Shown piece by piece: positions 23,231-35,548 of a stretch of DNA of 64,000 bases (position 1 is its first letter; each line of letters opens with the position of its first letter). The notes beneath the pieces were generated by a model. It did not search any database. It saw only the letters and a list, made by a program, of their open reading frames with translations, and was not told the DNA's origin. This DNA is from an uncultured Verrucomicrobiae bacterium (GTDB lineage Bacteria; Verrucomicrobiota; Verrucomicrobiia; Limisphaerales; JAFGQR01): the NCBI GenBank assembly GCA_963788655.1, contig CAWBHS010000064.1:8982-72981 (forward strand). Direction: 5' to 3'. Made by a program: the position numbers and the translations under genes.

Positions 23231-26200
23231 TTACGGACTCACTTGCCGCACGCGGTAGAAGCGTCCGCCGGGGGCGCCTGTATTGGTTTCGATAAAGCTG
23301 GCCAACGCACCCGTCGCCACGTTGGTTCGGATCGCGGTCCAATCCACCAGATTGGTCGAGGTTTCCAGCGCATAGGACCACCCGGAATTACTGGGGAACG
23401 ACACGGTCACGTCCGTCCCGCTCACCTCCGCGCTCAGCAGAATGGAGACATTGTGGGCCTGGTCATTGATGAGCCGGGCGATGCGGTGGCGCGGCACGCC
23501 AAACACCTGGGTAAAACTGCCGCCGATCAGAATGGCCCCATCCGGCTGCAAGGCCAGGGCATACACCGAACCATTGGCGCCTTGGGCCACTCGGAAATCC
23601 GTATCCAGCGAACCGTCGGCATTCAACCGGGCCACGCGAATGCGGCTGACGCCATCGACGTGCAAGAAGTCGCCGGCCAGCAGAATCTTGCCATCCGGCT
23701 GCATGGCCAGCGCGTACACCGGCCCGTCCGCGCCAAAGCCCGGATCGAAGCTCGTGTCCAGCAAACCATTGGCGTTCAGGCGTGCGATTCGAGTGCGGCT
23801 GACCCCGCCCACCAGGTGAAGTCGCCGCCGATAATGACTTTGTTGTCGCTCTGAACCAACACGGCAAACACCGCGCCGGTGGTGATGGTCGGCGGCGTGA
23901 ACTGATCATCCAACCCACCGTAATCATATAATCGCGCCACCCGACTGCGCGGGAGCAGGTTGACCGTGGTGAAGTCGCCGCCAATGACCAGCCGGTTGTC
24001 CTCGGGATTCTTGGCCACGGCGTTGACCACGCCATTCGCGCCCGCGCCCGGATCCAGGCTGGTGTCCTCGGCGGCATTGTTCAGAAAGCGCATGATGCCC
24101 GCGACCGGTCGGGAGAATCCGCCGCCAGCCAGCGTTTTGCCACCGGGCAACGGCCAGATGGCCGTCAGCGCCGCATTCAACGTGTTACTCTTGTAAAAGA
24201 TGCTGTCCACGGAGCCATCCGATAGCAGCCGCGCGATGTGATTGCGGTTGGTCCCGTTGATCATGGTGAACGCCCCACCCAGCACAATTTTGTTCGAATC
24301 GGGCGGCACGCCGAGCGCCGACACCACCCCATCGGTGCCCTGCGCCACCAGGTTGGTCACCAGACTTTGATCGTTGGTCACCACCACCGATACTTCCAGG
24401 GTGAATTCGTTGGTGAGGTAGTTGGTGACCCACCCCACGACGTTGGTAACGTAGTAGGGCGCGAGGAAATTGGTATCCAACGTGCCATCGGCCATCAGCC
24501 GGGCCACGTAATCGTGCGGCACTCCATCCATCTGGGTGAACGCGCCCCCCACCAGCACCCGGCCATCGGCCTGCACGGCCAGCGCCCGCACCGCGTCATT
24601 TGCTCCTTCGACCGGCACGAACGTATCATCCAGCGAGCCGGACTGGAAATCGTTGTCTTCGATCACCACGGTCGCCGTGGTGGGTCCCGGCAGGATGACG
24701 CCCCCGGCCGGATCAAACAGGGTGACCAAGAAATCCTCGTTCCCCTCCACGTTATTGTCCTCGAGAATGGGGATGACAATGACCTTGTTGGTTTCGCCGT
24801 CTTCGAACGTGATGAGGTTGTCGGTTTCCGGAATGTAATCCAAGCCCGGCGTGGCGGTGCCGGGCGTGGTGATGTAATGCACCGTTACTTCACCGCTAAA
24901 ACCATTCGTGCGGGCCAACCGCACCGAGACATTGGCGGACCCTTCAGCCACCAGGTAATCGACCGGCTGGAAGACGACGTGCCCCGGATGATCGTCGTCG
25001 TCGATGATGGTCAGTGTGGCGTTGGACCGGCCCAGGGTGCCTTCCCCCACCAGATTGCTCAGGACGAGCAGCACGGTTTCATTCCCTTCATCCAGAAAAT
25101 CATCGCGTATTTGCACCGAAAAACTTTGCGTGGTCTGGCCGAAGCCAAAGATCACCGTGCCGTTGGTGGGATAGAAGTCCAGGTTGGTGGTCGCGGTGCC
25201 GGGCAAGGCGGCGTAATCAACGCTCAACAGCCGGTTGGAAACCCCGGTGCGGATCAACGTAATATTCGCCAGGAAACCAAATTCGTTGACGGAGTAATTC
25301 GCCGAACTGAACCCGACATTGGCGTCGTAATCAATGATGGTCACCGTGGCGATGCCCGGCGGCTGGATGAGCGCGTTGTCCGACGCGTTGGTCAGCACGA
25401 TGTAAAACTCGTGTTTGGGTTGCACCAGGCTGTTATTCAGGAGCGGCACGCTGATGGCTCTTCCCGTTTCGCCGGGGGCAAAGGTCAAGGTGCCGTTGGT
25501 GCCCTCGTAATCCTGACCGGCCAAGGCGAGGCCGTCCACGGTGTAATAATCGACCGTGGTGGTGCCGTTGGTGTTGAAGCTGCGCAGCACCTGCACGGTG
25601 GCATAGGGCCGGAATTCGTCCACCTCCACTGCGTTGGTGAAATACGTCAGCAGCGCCGGCGGCGGCTCGTTGTCCAACAAAGTCAGCACCGCGTTGGTCG
25701 GACTGCTCATGGTCGCGCCGCCCGTGGGGTTCTCAAGCTGCAAGAGGATCGTCTCGTTTTCCTCCCACACCGCATCGTCGAAAATGGGGACGACAAACCG
25801 GTTGATATTTTCGCCATCAGCAAACGCCAGCGTGCCGTTCACCGATTCATAGTCCACGCCCGCCTGGGCAGTGCCGCCCGTCGTCCGGTAGTTGACGGAG
25901 ACGATGCCCGAGCTGCCGTTCACCCGCTGGACGGTCACCACGAAGTCCACGTTGCCTTCCGTCACTTCGTATTCGGAGGCGGAGAGGCGGAACCGGCCTT
26001 CGGCGATTTCATTATCCACAATCGTCAGGATCCCCTGGCGGTTGGTCCCCAGGATGGCCGTGCGGCTGGGCAACGTGGCAATGGGATTAGTCAACTGGAC
26101 ACTCAAGGCCCGGTTCCCGTCCGGGAAAAAGTTGTCGAGGAGCGGCACAAACACGTTTTTCTGAGTTTCGCCCACCTGAAACACCAGCACGCCGTTGGTC

Positions 26201-29200
26201 GGGGTAAAATCCACGTTGGGCTCGGCCCGGCGAACGGTCGTGACCGGGAAATTGGTGCTCGTGTAGTAACTGACCGCCACCACACTATTGGTGGCAAACT
26301 GCCGCAGCACCGTCAACGTCGCGCGCCCGCTGATGGTGTTTTCCGGCTCCCGGTAACTGGCCCGGTCAAACGTGATGACACTGTCATCGCTGATGATCGT
26401 CGCGATGGCAACCGGCTGCGGTCCCAGCGTGGCGCCTTGCGGCGAATCGAGACTCAGGTTCACGGTTTCCGGATCTTCCGGAACCGCGTCGTCAATGACC
26501 GGCAGCGTAAAGGTGCGCAACACTTCGCCCGGCGGGAAGGTGATCACGTTCGTCACGTTCACATAATCCGCGCCCGGGGTGGCCGTGCCGGCACTGGACG
26601 TTTGGCGGACCGACACCTGCCCGTCGGTGCCGCCCACGCGGCGGACGGAAATAACCGCATTGGTCACGAACTCGTTGATATTGAAATTGGCCGCACTGAA
26701 TTCCAGCCGCCCGGAGCCGGTCATGGCGCCGCCATAGAGACGGGCAATTCGGACCCGCGGCTTGCCGTTAACCTGGGTAAACCCGCCGCCAATCACAATG
26801 CGGTTCAGGCTGTCCGGCGTTACCGATGTGACAAAGGCATTGGCGCCGGTGCCGAAGTTGATGGTGGCGTCGCTGGTGCCGTCCTGGTTCAAGCGCGTGA
26901 TGCGGTTGCGGGTCACGCCGTTGAACTGGGAGAATTCCCCGACCACCAAAATTTTCTCATCGACTTGCAGGGCCATGCCGTACACAGCGTTGTTGCCGCC
27001 GGTCTGTCCGGCCAGGAACGTCGTATCGAGCGTGCCGTCGGCATTGAACCGGGCCACGTAATTGCGACTGCTGCCCTGAACACTGGTGAACGAACCTCCC
27101 ACCAAAATCTTGCCGTCGCTCTGCACCAGCACGCTGCGCACAGTGCCGTTGAGGGCGGTGCCGACGTCGAAGCTTGAATCCACCGAGCCATCCCGGTTCA
27201 ACCGGGCCAGGTAACGGCGCGGCGCGTTGTTGACGGTTTGGAAATCACCGCCCAGCAGAACCTTGCCATTGCTTTGCAGCGCGAGGGCAAACACGGTGTC
27301 ATCCGGGCCAACGCCGGGATTGAAATCGGCGGCCACGTGACCGTTGGCATCGACCATCGCCACGTTGGGCAGGGTGATGCCATTGACGCGAGTGAAGGCG
27401 CCGCCCAAAATTACTTTGCCTTCGGGGGTGAGGGCCAGCGCGTTCACTGCGCCGTCCGCGCCGCCGCCGGGATCAAACGAATTGTCCACCGTCGCGTCCG
27501 TGTTCAACCGCGCGAGGTGGCCGCGGTTCACGCCGCCAATCGAGGTGAAGAAGCCGCCGATCAGAATCTTGCCGTCGTCCTGCAGCGCCAGGGCCCGCAC
27601 CGAGGCGTCCGGCCCGCCGTTGATGTTGAAGGTGGTGTCCAAATCCCCAATGTCATTGAGGCGGGCGATCCGGCTGCGGGTGATGTTGTTCACCTGAGTG
27701 AAGTCGCCGGCCAATAGAATGCGGCCATCGGGCTGCACCGCCACGGCATACACACTGGCATTGGCGCCGGCCTGCGTATCAAAGGTGGTGTCCACCGAAC
27801 CCGCCGGCGAATTCTCGGACTCGTTGTCGATGATCGTCAGAACGGCGGCGGCGGGCGCTCCCAATTCCGCGCCCGTCACGTCGGACAAGGTCAGGTTGAC
27901 CGTGCGGTTGGGATTGCCCGTGGTGTCGTCCACGATCGTGACCCGGAAGGCCTTGCTGGATTCGCCGTCGGCAAAGTCCAGCACGCCGTTGGTGTCGTAG
28001 TAATGCGTGCCGGCCACCGCCGTGCCGGCGCTGGTGGCGAACACCACGGAAGCCGGCCCCGCGGTGCCGCCGGCGCGCGTCACGGTAATGACGGCCGAAC
28101 CGCTGCTTTCGACAACGCCGTAGGCCGCCGCGCTGAACTGGAGGAAGCCGGGATAATCATCATTTTCAATCGTCAACACCGAGTTGGAAATGGTGCCCAG
28201 AGCGCCCGCAAGGGACGGATTGTCCAGCATGAGAATCACCGATTCCAAAGGCTCGGCTTCGGTATCATTGATCAGCGGCACCACCAGGTATTTGACCTCG
28301 GAGTCCCCGTTGTTCCAAACGAGCGTGTTCGTCACGGCCACGAAATCCACGCCGGCTTCGGCGGTACCGGCGGTGGCGCTGGCCTCGACGGTGAGGTAAC
28401 CGACGTTGCCACCGCTGCGCTTGACGGCAATCAGTGCGGCCCCGGCATTCTCATTGGTGGTGTAGCCCAGCGAGGTGAAGCTCACCCGGCCGGCGCTGAA
28501 ATCGTCATCCACAATCGTCAGCACGGAAGCGGCGGGACTGAGGCGGGCCAGATGCAGCCGGCTCTGATAGTCGATTTGGGAGAAATCGCCGCCAAAGATC
28601 ACTTTGTTGTCGTTCTGAATGGCCAGCGTCTTCACGTTGCCATTGGGTCCGGGCACGAGCGAAACCGCTTCATCCAGCAGATCGTCGGGCTGGAAACGGG
28701 CGAGGCGATTCCGGGGCGAACCGTTGACCGCGGTAAACGCGCCGCCGATCATGACGCTGCCGGCATAGATGCCCACGGAGTGGACGGCGATGGCATAGAC
28801 CGGCCCGTTGGGTCCGGTGCCGATGTTGAACGAGGAATCCAAATTGCCGAAGCGGTTCAGGCGCACGAAGTGGGGGGAATCTCCGGGGGCAATGTATTTT
28901 CCGCCAGCCAAAATCGTCCCGTCGCCGAGCGCGGCCACGCTATGCACGCTGGCGTTGGAAAGCAGAGCGTTGGAAAACCAAATCTCCGAACCGTCCGTCG
29001 CGAGACGCGCCACGCCGCCGGCAAAGTCGCCGCCAATCACAATCTGGCCGCCCTCCTGCAACGCAATGGCCCGCACGGGTCCATCGAGCGACGCCTGAAA
29101 CGAAGTGTCCACCGCCCCGTCCGGCCCCAGGCGGACCAGATAGCCATGGTTGGCGTCATCGCTCCAGGCGGTGAAATCGCCGCCAACCAGGATATAGCCG

Positions 29201-32200
29201 TTGGTTTGAACGACAATCGCGCGGACGGTGTTATCGGGGCCATCCCCAAAATCGAAGCCGGACGTATCGAGATCACCGGTACTGGTCAGACGCGCCAAAC
29301 GGTTCGCGCCCGTGCCGTTCACCTGGGTAAATTCCCCACCAATCAGCAGTCGGCCGTCGCTTTGGGTCGCCGTGGCGCGCACCGGTCCATTGGCCGTCGC
29401 CACGCTGGAAAAGTCGGCATCCACGGTGCCGTCGGGATTCAAGCGCACAAGGTTCGCATGATCCGCGCCGTTGAAGGTGGTGAAACTGCCGCCGACGGCC
29501 ACCTTGCCCCGCGCGGATTGATTGGTATAGATGGCAGTGGCAAAGACGGTTCCATCGGCACCCAGGCCCGGATTGAAGGTGGGATCGACCGAACTGAAAT
29601 CGACTGCGGCGCCGCCGGTGGCGTTGGTGAGCGACAGGAAGACCGATTCCTCATCTTCAACCAGGATATCGTCGAACAGGCGCACCGTGAAAGTCCGGGT
29701 GGTCTGGCCCGGCGCGAAGAAGAGGGTGCCACTGGCCCCGGTGTAATCGGCACTGGAGGCGGTGCCGTTGGCGGTGAAATAGTCCACGCTCACGGAGCCG
29801 TCGCTCCCGCCAATACGCTCGACGGTGATGACCGCGAACCGCCCGTTCTCATTGGTACTGAAATTGGCGGTACTGTAACGGAAGCGGCCCGGCAGGAAAT
29901 CGTTGTCCACGATCATCATCGAGGCCAACGCCCGGTGCAGAGCCCCGTTGATCCCAATGTTTTCGCCGATCAGATACAGGCTGGCATAGGGCTCATACAT
30001 CGTCAGGTTCGCCGTTTCGTTGCCTTCGGGGATTTGATCGTCGAGAATGGGGATGACGAAGGAAGTATTGCCGTCGCGGACCGTTTTGTCGGTGACTTCC
30101 GTATAATCCTCGCCCGGCGTCGCGGTGTTCGCGCCAGTCGAAGCCGCGGCCACGAGGTTGCCCAAGCCGCCGTTGTTGCGGGTGATGGTTACCCGCAGTT
30201 GGCTGCCATTCTCGTCCACCGTGTAGGTCGGGTCGCGGAAGCCGACGTTGCCGGGCCCGCCGGTTCCGCCGCCGAGGATGCGCGCCACGTTCGAGCGAAT
30301 CCGTTTGTCGGCGCGGGTGTAAATGGGATCACGGTAATTGCCGCCCACCTGTTGGAAGCGCCCGCCCACGATCAAGTCGCCGCTCGCCTCGATGCCGATG
30401 CCATTGACAAAGTTGTTGGGCTGGTAACTGAACTCGTTGATGAATCCCGCGAACTGATTATACGCGGCGTCCAGGAACGTGGTATCAACCGTGCCGTCCG
30501 CGTACAGCCGGGTCAATCCCTTGCGCCGGGTAAAGTTGAACGTGGTAAACGCGCCGCCGACAAAAATCCGACCGTCGGCCTGAAGCACGATGGTGTTCAC
30601 CGTATCGTTGGCGCCGATGCCGGGATTAAAACTTTCATCCAGCGAACCATCGACGTTCAACCGGGCGATCCCTTGGCGGGACCGAAAATCCACCGAAGTA
30701 AAGGCGCCGCCCAAGAGAACCCGGTTGTCCGGTTGCACGGTCAGGGCATAAACCGTAAAGTCCGCGCCGCCCCGCGGATCAAACGTTTCATCCACCTGGC
30801 CGGCTGCGGTCAACCGCACAATGCCCGGGCGCACCAAGTCGTTAATCACGTAGAAATCACCGCCGGCCAGGATCCGCTGATTGCTGTCCAGCGCCAGCGC
30901 GTACACGGGCCAGTCCACGACTGGTTTAAACGACGTGTCGAGGGTGCCATCGTCATTGAGCCGCGCCAAGTGCGGCTGGAAGATGCCGTTGACGGAGAGG
31001 AAATCACCACCAATCAGGACCTTACCGTCATTCTGCAACGCCAGGGCATAGACGATACCATCCACGCCGTTGCCGGGATTGAAGGTCGAGTCAAGCGCGC
31101 CGTTGGAAAGCAGACGGGCGACGCCGCGGCGCAGGATGCCGTTGTAGGAGGTGAAGCCGCCACCGATCAGCAGCTTGCCGGTGTGATTGGGAAAACTCGT
31201 CGAATACAACGTAATGGCGTTGACCACGCTGTTGGGTCCAGTGTTGGGCGACGCCATGAAGGAACTGTCCAGGAGGCCATTGGCACTGATGCGGGTCAGG
31301 AAATTGCGGGGCACCGTGTCGTAGGCCGTGAACTGGCCGCCGATCACCGCTCGGCCATCGTCTTGAATGGCCACCGCCTGGACGATGCCGTTGGCGCCCG
31401 GATTGGGATTGCCGGGTGGGTTCTGCGACGACACAGCGTCCGGGTTCCAGGCGCGATCAATCGCGCCGGCCGGCGCCTCGTCGTACAGGATGGTTACCGA
31501 CGTTTCGTAAAAATTGCCCCGCCGGTTGTTCGGGCTCAGCCGGATGACAAAGTCCTCGTTGAATTCGACCAAGTCGTCATCCACCATGTCAATGGAGAAG
31601 GTTCGGCGGGTAACGTTGGGGGGAAAGTCCAATTCGAAGGTGCGGCCGTTGGGACTGGTGTAATCCGAACCATACACCGCCCCCGACGAACCGGCCATGA
31701 CCGCAAAGGGAAAGGGGTACGGATGGACTTCGACGGTCACTTTTTCGTCCGTAACCGCCGCGGGTCGTACCACCGCAATGGTCACGTTGCGCTGGGTTTG
31801 GTCCGGGAGTGGGTCTTCGCGCACCCGATAGTTCGCGCGCTCGAAGCTGAAGGTTTGGGACAAGTTGGTACCCACTCGCGGGACGATTCATTGTAAATCT
31901 TGTCGATCCGCACGGTCGCCTCGCTGGCAAACGGATCCACCACCGGCACAATTTCCAATGGATTTTCGTCCGGCGCGGGGCGCGGGTTACCGATGCCGAC
32001 ATCGAAGGTCTTGTAGGCGTTGGTGCCGGGGCCGTCGAGGATGGTCACCAGGAAGCTGGCGCTCATTTGGTAGTCATCGAACACCAGCGTGTTGGTCACC
32101 ACCCGATAATCACGGTTGGGGGTGGCGGTGACGAGATCGTTGGTGTCAATTTCCTCGGGCACAATCGTGAAGTAATCCAGCAGCACTTTGCCTTTGGCGC

Positions 32201-32453
32201 CGTTGTAGCGAGTCACCGTAATCAACGCGCCGAGCAAACCATTCTGGGAGACAGTATTGGGACGGCTCTCCTGATCGGTGACTTCGTAGAAGGACGAGGT
32301 AAAACCGAAGGTCCCGGCGGATTGGGCGTCGATGCCACCGTCTTGGGCCCGGACCGAAAGACCGGTCCCGGTCAACCCCGTTAGCAACATCAGGATCCCG
32401 AGCGCCAGGCGGCGGACGGCCGGCGCGGGCAGGCTTTTGCGAATGATGCACAT
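23231..32453 (-). CDS. Giant secreted Calx-beta / delta-60 repeat protein (~3070 aa), paralog of the downstream giant; frameshifts at ~31880 and ~23815
   Basis: ORFs 31782..32453, 23776..31875 and 23231..23812 are colinear pieces (e.g. GGDFT[L]VGGVSRTRIARL is restored by one extra C). Signal peptide ...LALGILMLLTGLTGTGLSVRA. Ends YALETSTNLVDW...GGRFYRVRQVSP. Confidence 0.85.
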
Positions 32454-32501
32454 ATTAAGCTCTCCGAACTGAAATACAGGTCAATGGCATGGATCGGCGC
32501 C

Positions 32502-35500
32502 TCATGGTTGTTGAATCCGGACGCGATAGAACCGGGAACTGCCCGGCGGCACGGCATCGGTGATGGTCACGGGATTGCCGGAAGCGTCGCTGACAAAATT
32601 GGTCAACACCTGCCAGCTTGGCGACGACAGATCGTCCTTGTACTCGACGATGTTGGACGCACTGATCAGCGGGTTCCACGACAGCCGGGCCGTCCCGGAC
32701 GGCGCCGGAACCAGTTCGATCACCAAGCCCAGATCTTCCGGCACGATGAAGGGGGTCGCGTCGTTGGCATTGGCATAACCGTCGCCGTCCGAGTCGATGT
32801 CCTTGCTGCTGGCCAGGGCGGTGTTGAAAGGGCCGTAGGTCACACCGGAAGGATACGTGATGTTGGTGGAACTGTTCATTCCCGTGTAGCTGCTGATCCA
32901 AATCAGCCGGCCACTGTTGTGGCTGTTGAGTTTTTCGACCGGCAGATTGGCGTTGGCGAAGTAAATCTTCATCCCCGGATCAATCCGCAAGGCGGCGTTG
33001 TAGTTGGTGGGGTTGTCGAGCAACTCGAGGTAATCGACATACAGTGCGTTGTTCGTCGTGGCCGGCGAAAACACAAACAGCGAACCGGGCGTGCCGTCCA
33101 GCGTAAGCCGTCCCAAGGCGAGATTGTTGGCGTAGCCCTGGTTGTTCGGGCCGCGGTCCTCGCCCGCCCAGGTGTGATCCGCGCGCCCGGACAAGCCGGG
33201 GATGATCGATTGCAGCCGGGTGCCGAGCAAGTCGCCGAATTGCGGTTTCCGATCAAAATGGAAGCCGGACGTCACGGTCCATTCATTGTTGGCATTGGTG
33301 CCGCCGTCGGTGAGGCGGTTGGTTACGGACATGATCAAGGCGCCCAGCGCGTTCGAAACGCCGGCTTGATACCGGGTGAATTGGTTGGTGAGGTTGTCGG
33401 CAAAGATCTGAATGTCGCCACTGGCCACCATCTGGGCATTGGTCAGATCGCCGTTTTGGGTTTCGAGGGAAAGCAAACCGCTGTTGGCGTTGATTTGACC
33501 ACTGCTGGCCAGGTTGGGCGAACCGTGGTTCTCGAAGTACTCCGTGCGAATCACGTGGGTGGCCCCGTTGATCTGGCCATGGTTGACGAAGTTCTGGTAC
33601 GGCGAAGCCGGTTCGGCCCCAAAGTAACCCGCCCCAGTAATGCCGATGTAGCCTTCATTGGTGAGGTTGACCAAATTCGGCACGTCGGTCTGGTTCCAAT
33701 TGGTGTTCGCTGGAAAGATCAGCGCGCCCTGCACGTCAAGGTTGGTGGCCTCCAGGTACACTGTGTTGCCGATGGAAAGCGTGTCGCCAATGACCAGGTT
33801 GGTGGCGTGCGCGGCAAAATCATAGACCACCGTCGGCCGGATCGTGGTCAGGGCGTTCTCGACGACCAGCGCATGAAAGGCAATCTCGATGCTGTTGGTC
33901 GTCGGCGTGGCGTTGGTCCCGACCCCATTGGTCGAGACAAAGTCAGCGATGTTGGTCCAAACGCCCGACCAGGCATTCACTTCGCCGGACAGGCGCCGCA
34001 CCGTTGCCGGCGCGAGATTGCTGATGACCAGCGTCGGTTCCACGGAGGCCAGGTCATATATCAGGTAGGGCGCATCAACCTGGGCCACGCGGTTGCTGGT
34101 GAGGTTGCTGGTCTTGATGCTCAGCAGCGATTCCGACCGGATGCGGGTTTGATCCAGATTGACCCGCCCGCCGACAATTTCGACGCGGCCCGGCATGTTC
34201 GTCGGGTCCGTGGTGACGCCGGTCGTGAGGAACAGCGAGTTAATGGTGCTGATCGTGCCCACCAATTCGTCGCCGATTTGGGCGCCGTAGCCGGCATACA
34301 TGACCTCCACCTGATTGGACCGGTAGCTGGGATTGACCACTAGCGTGTTGGTCCAGGGGAAGTTGTTGGTGATCGGGGTAAAGACATAGGTTCCGTTCGT
34401 AAAGATGTAGTTACCACTGTTCCAATCGTAGGGCTGGCCGCGCACGACCGCCAAGCTGGAAGGCCGGCGGGTGGTGGGGGTCAAGCCATTGCGTTGCAGG
34501 GTGATATTCGTCACCGTGGCGGTGTCATCAATCACATAGACGGAGTTGGTGATACTACGCTGCAAAACAATGTCGTAATCCGAGGTGCTAAAGCGCACCA
34601 TGGCGCGATACCGACCGCTGATAGCCCCGTGGCCAGTATCCCCATTGCCGGTAGAAAAGTGGACTTCGGTGCTGAAATTCGTATCGACGCTGTTGGTGGG
34701 AGCAAACACCATTTGCACCACCCAATTGCTGGGCGTCACCGTATTCGTCAACACCCAGACGTTCGTACAAGATCGCTGCCCAGACTAAAGCCGAAAGACC
34801 CCGCCAGGCACCACGGCGGAGTTGGTGCCCGTCGAGTTGCGGACGAAGACCTGGTGATAAGGCGAACTGGCGTAGGGCACGCCGAAGTTCGGCTGGCTAA
34901 AGGAGAGTCCATCCAACGAAATGAGCGGCATCGGCCGATTGGCGTTGTTGAGGGTGTTGTTTAGACCTTCACCCCAATAGACGTCGTTGACTCCGGCATC
35001 GTTGTAAAAGGTGTTCCCAATGTAGATGCCGCTGGAGATAAGGGAGGTGTCGTCCGACCCACTCCGTAGTCCGGTTCGTTCGATATCCACCAGATTGGAG
35101 CCGTGCAACTTGATGATGCCCCCGGCGCTGGTCAACAAGTCCCCCGAACTGATGATGTTGGTGGCAAATACCAACAGGACGGTGCCCACGGAAATCTCGC
35201 CGCGGTTCACAAAATTGTCAGCCGCCAGGCGAATGGAATTGGTTACAAAATCAAACCGGAAGCCGGGCGAGGCAAACATGGTGCCGGAGCCGGTATTGGT
35301 GAAGTTGAGGCAGTTGGCAAAGTCGTAGAGGTACAGCGACGATGACACCGAAAAAGCGCTGCGGTTAACGAAGGCGGTCGCATCGACCTGGGGCGCAATG
35401 TCCGGCGGCGCAAGTACTGGCGCATCATTCTCGAAGAGCGATTGGGTGGCCAAAGCCGACGGCCCGCCCGCCAACGCGAGCAAACTCAGGATACTGACAA

Positions 35501-35510
35501 ATCGTTTCAT
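32502..35510 (-). CDS. Secreted Asn/Thr-rich protein (~1000 aa), probably beta-solenoid, with DxDxDG Ca-binding motif and C-terminal module; interrupted by an in-frame TAG at 34787-34785
   Basis: ORFs 34785..35510 (signal peptide MKRFVSILSLLALAGGPSALA) and 32502..34754 are in the same frame, 33 nt apart. Second part has DIDSDGDGYANANDATP and ends SWQVLTN...SSRFYRVRIQQP. Confidence 0.7.
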
Positions 35511-35548
35511 AATTTCAGGCTTGGTTCAGACATGGGCCAGGGCGACGG

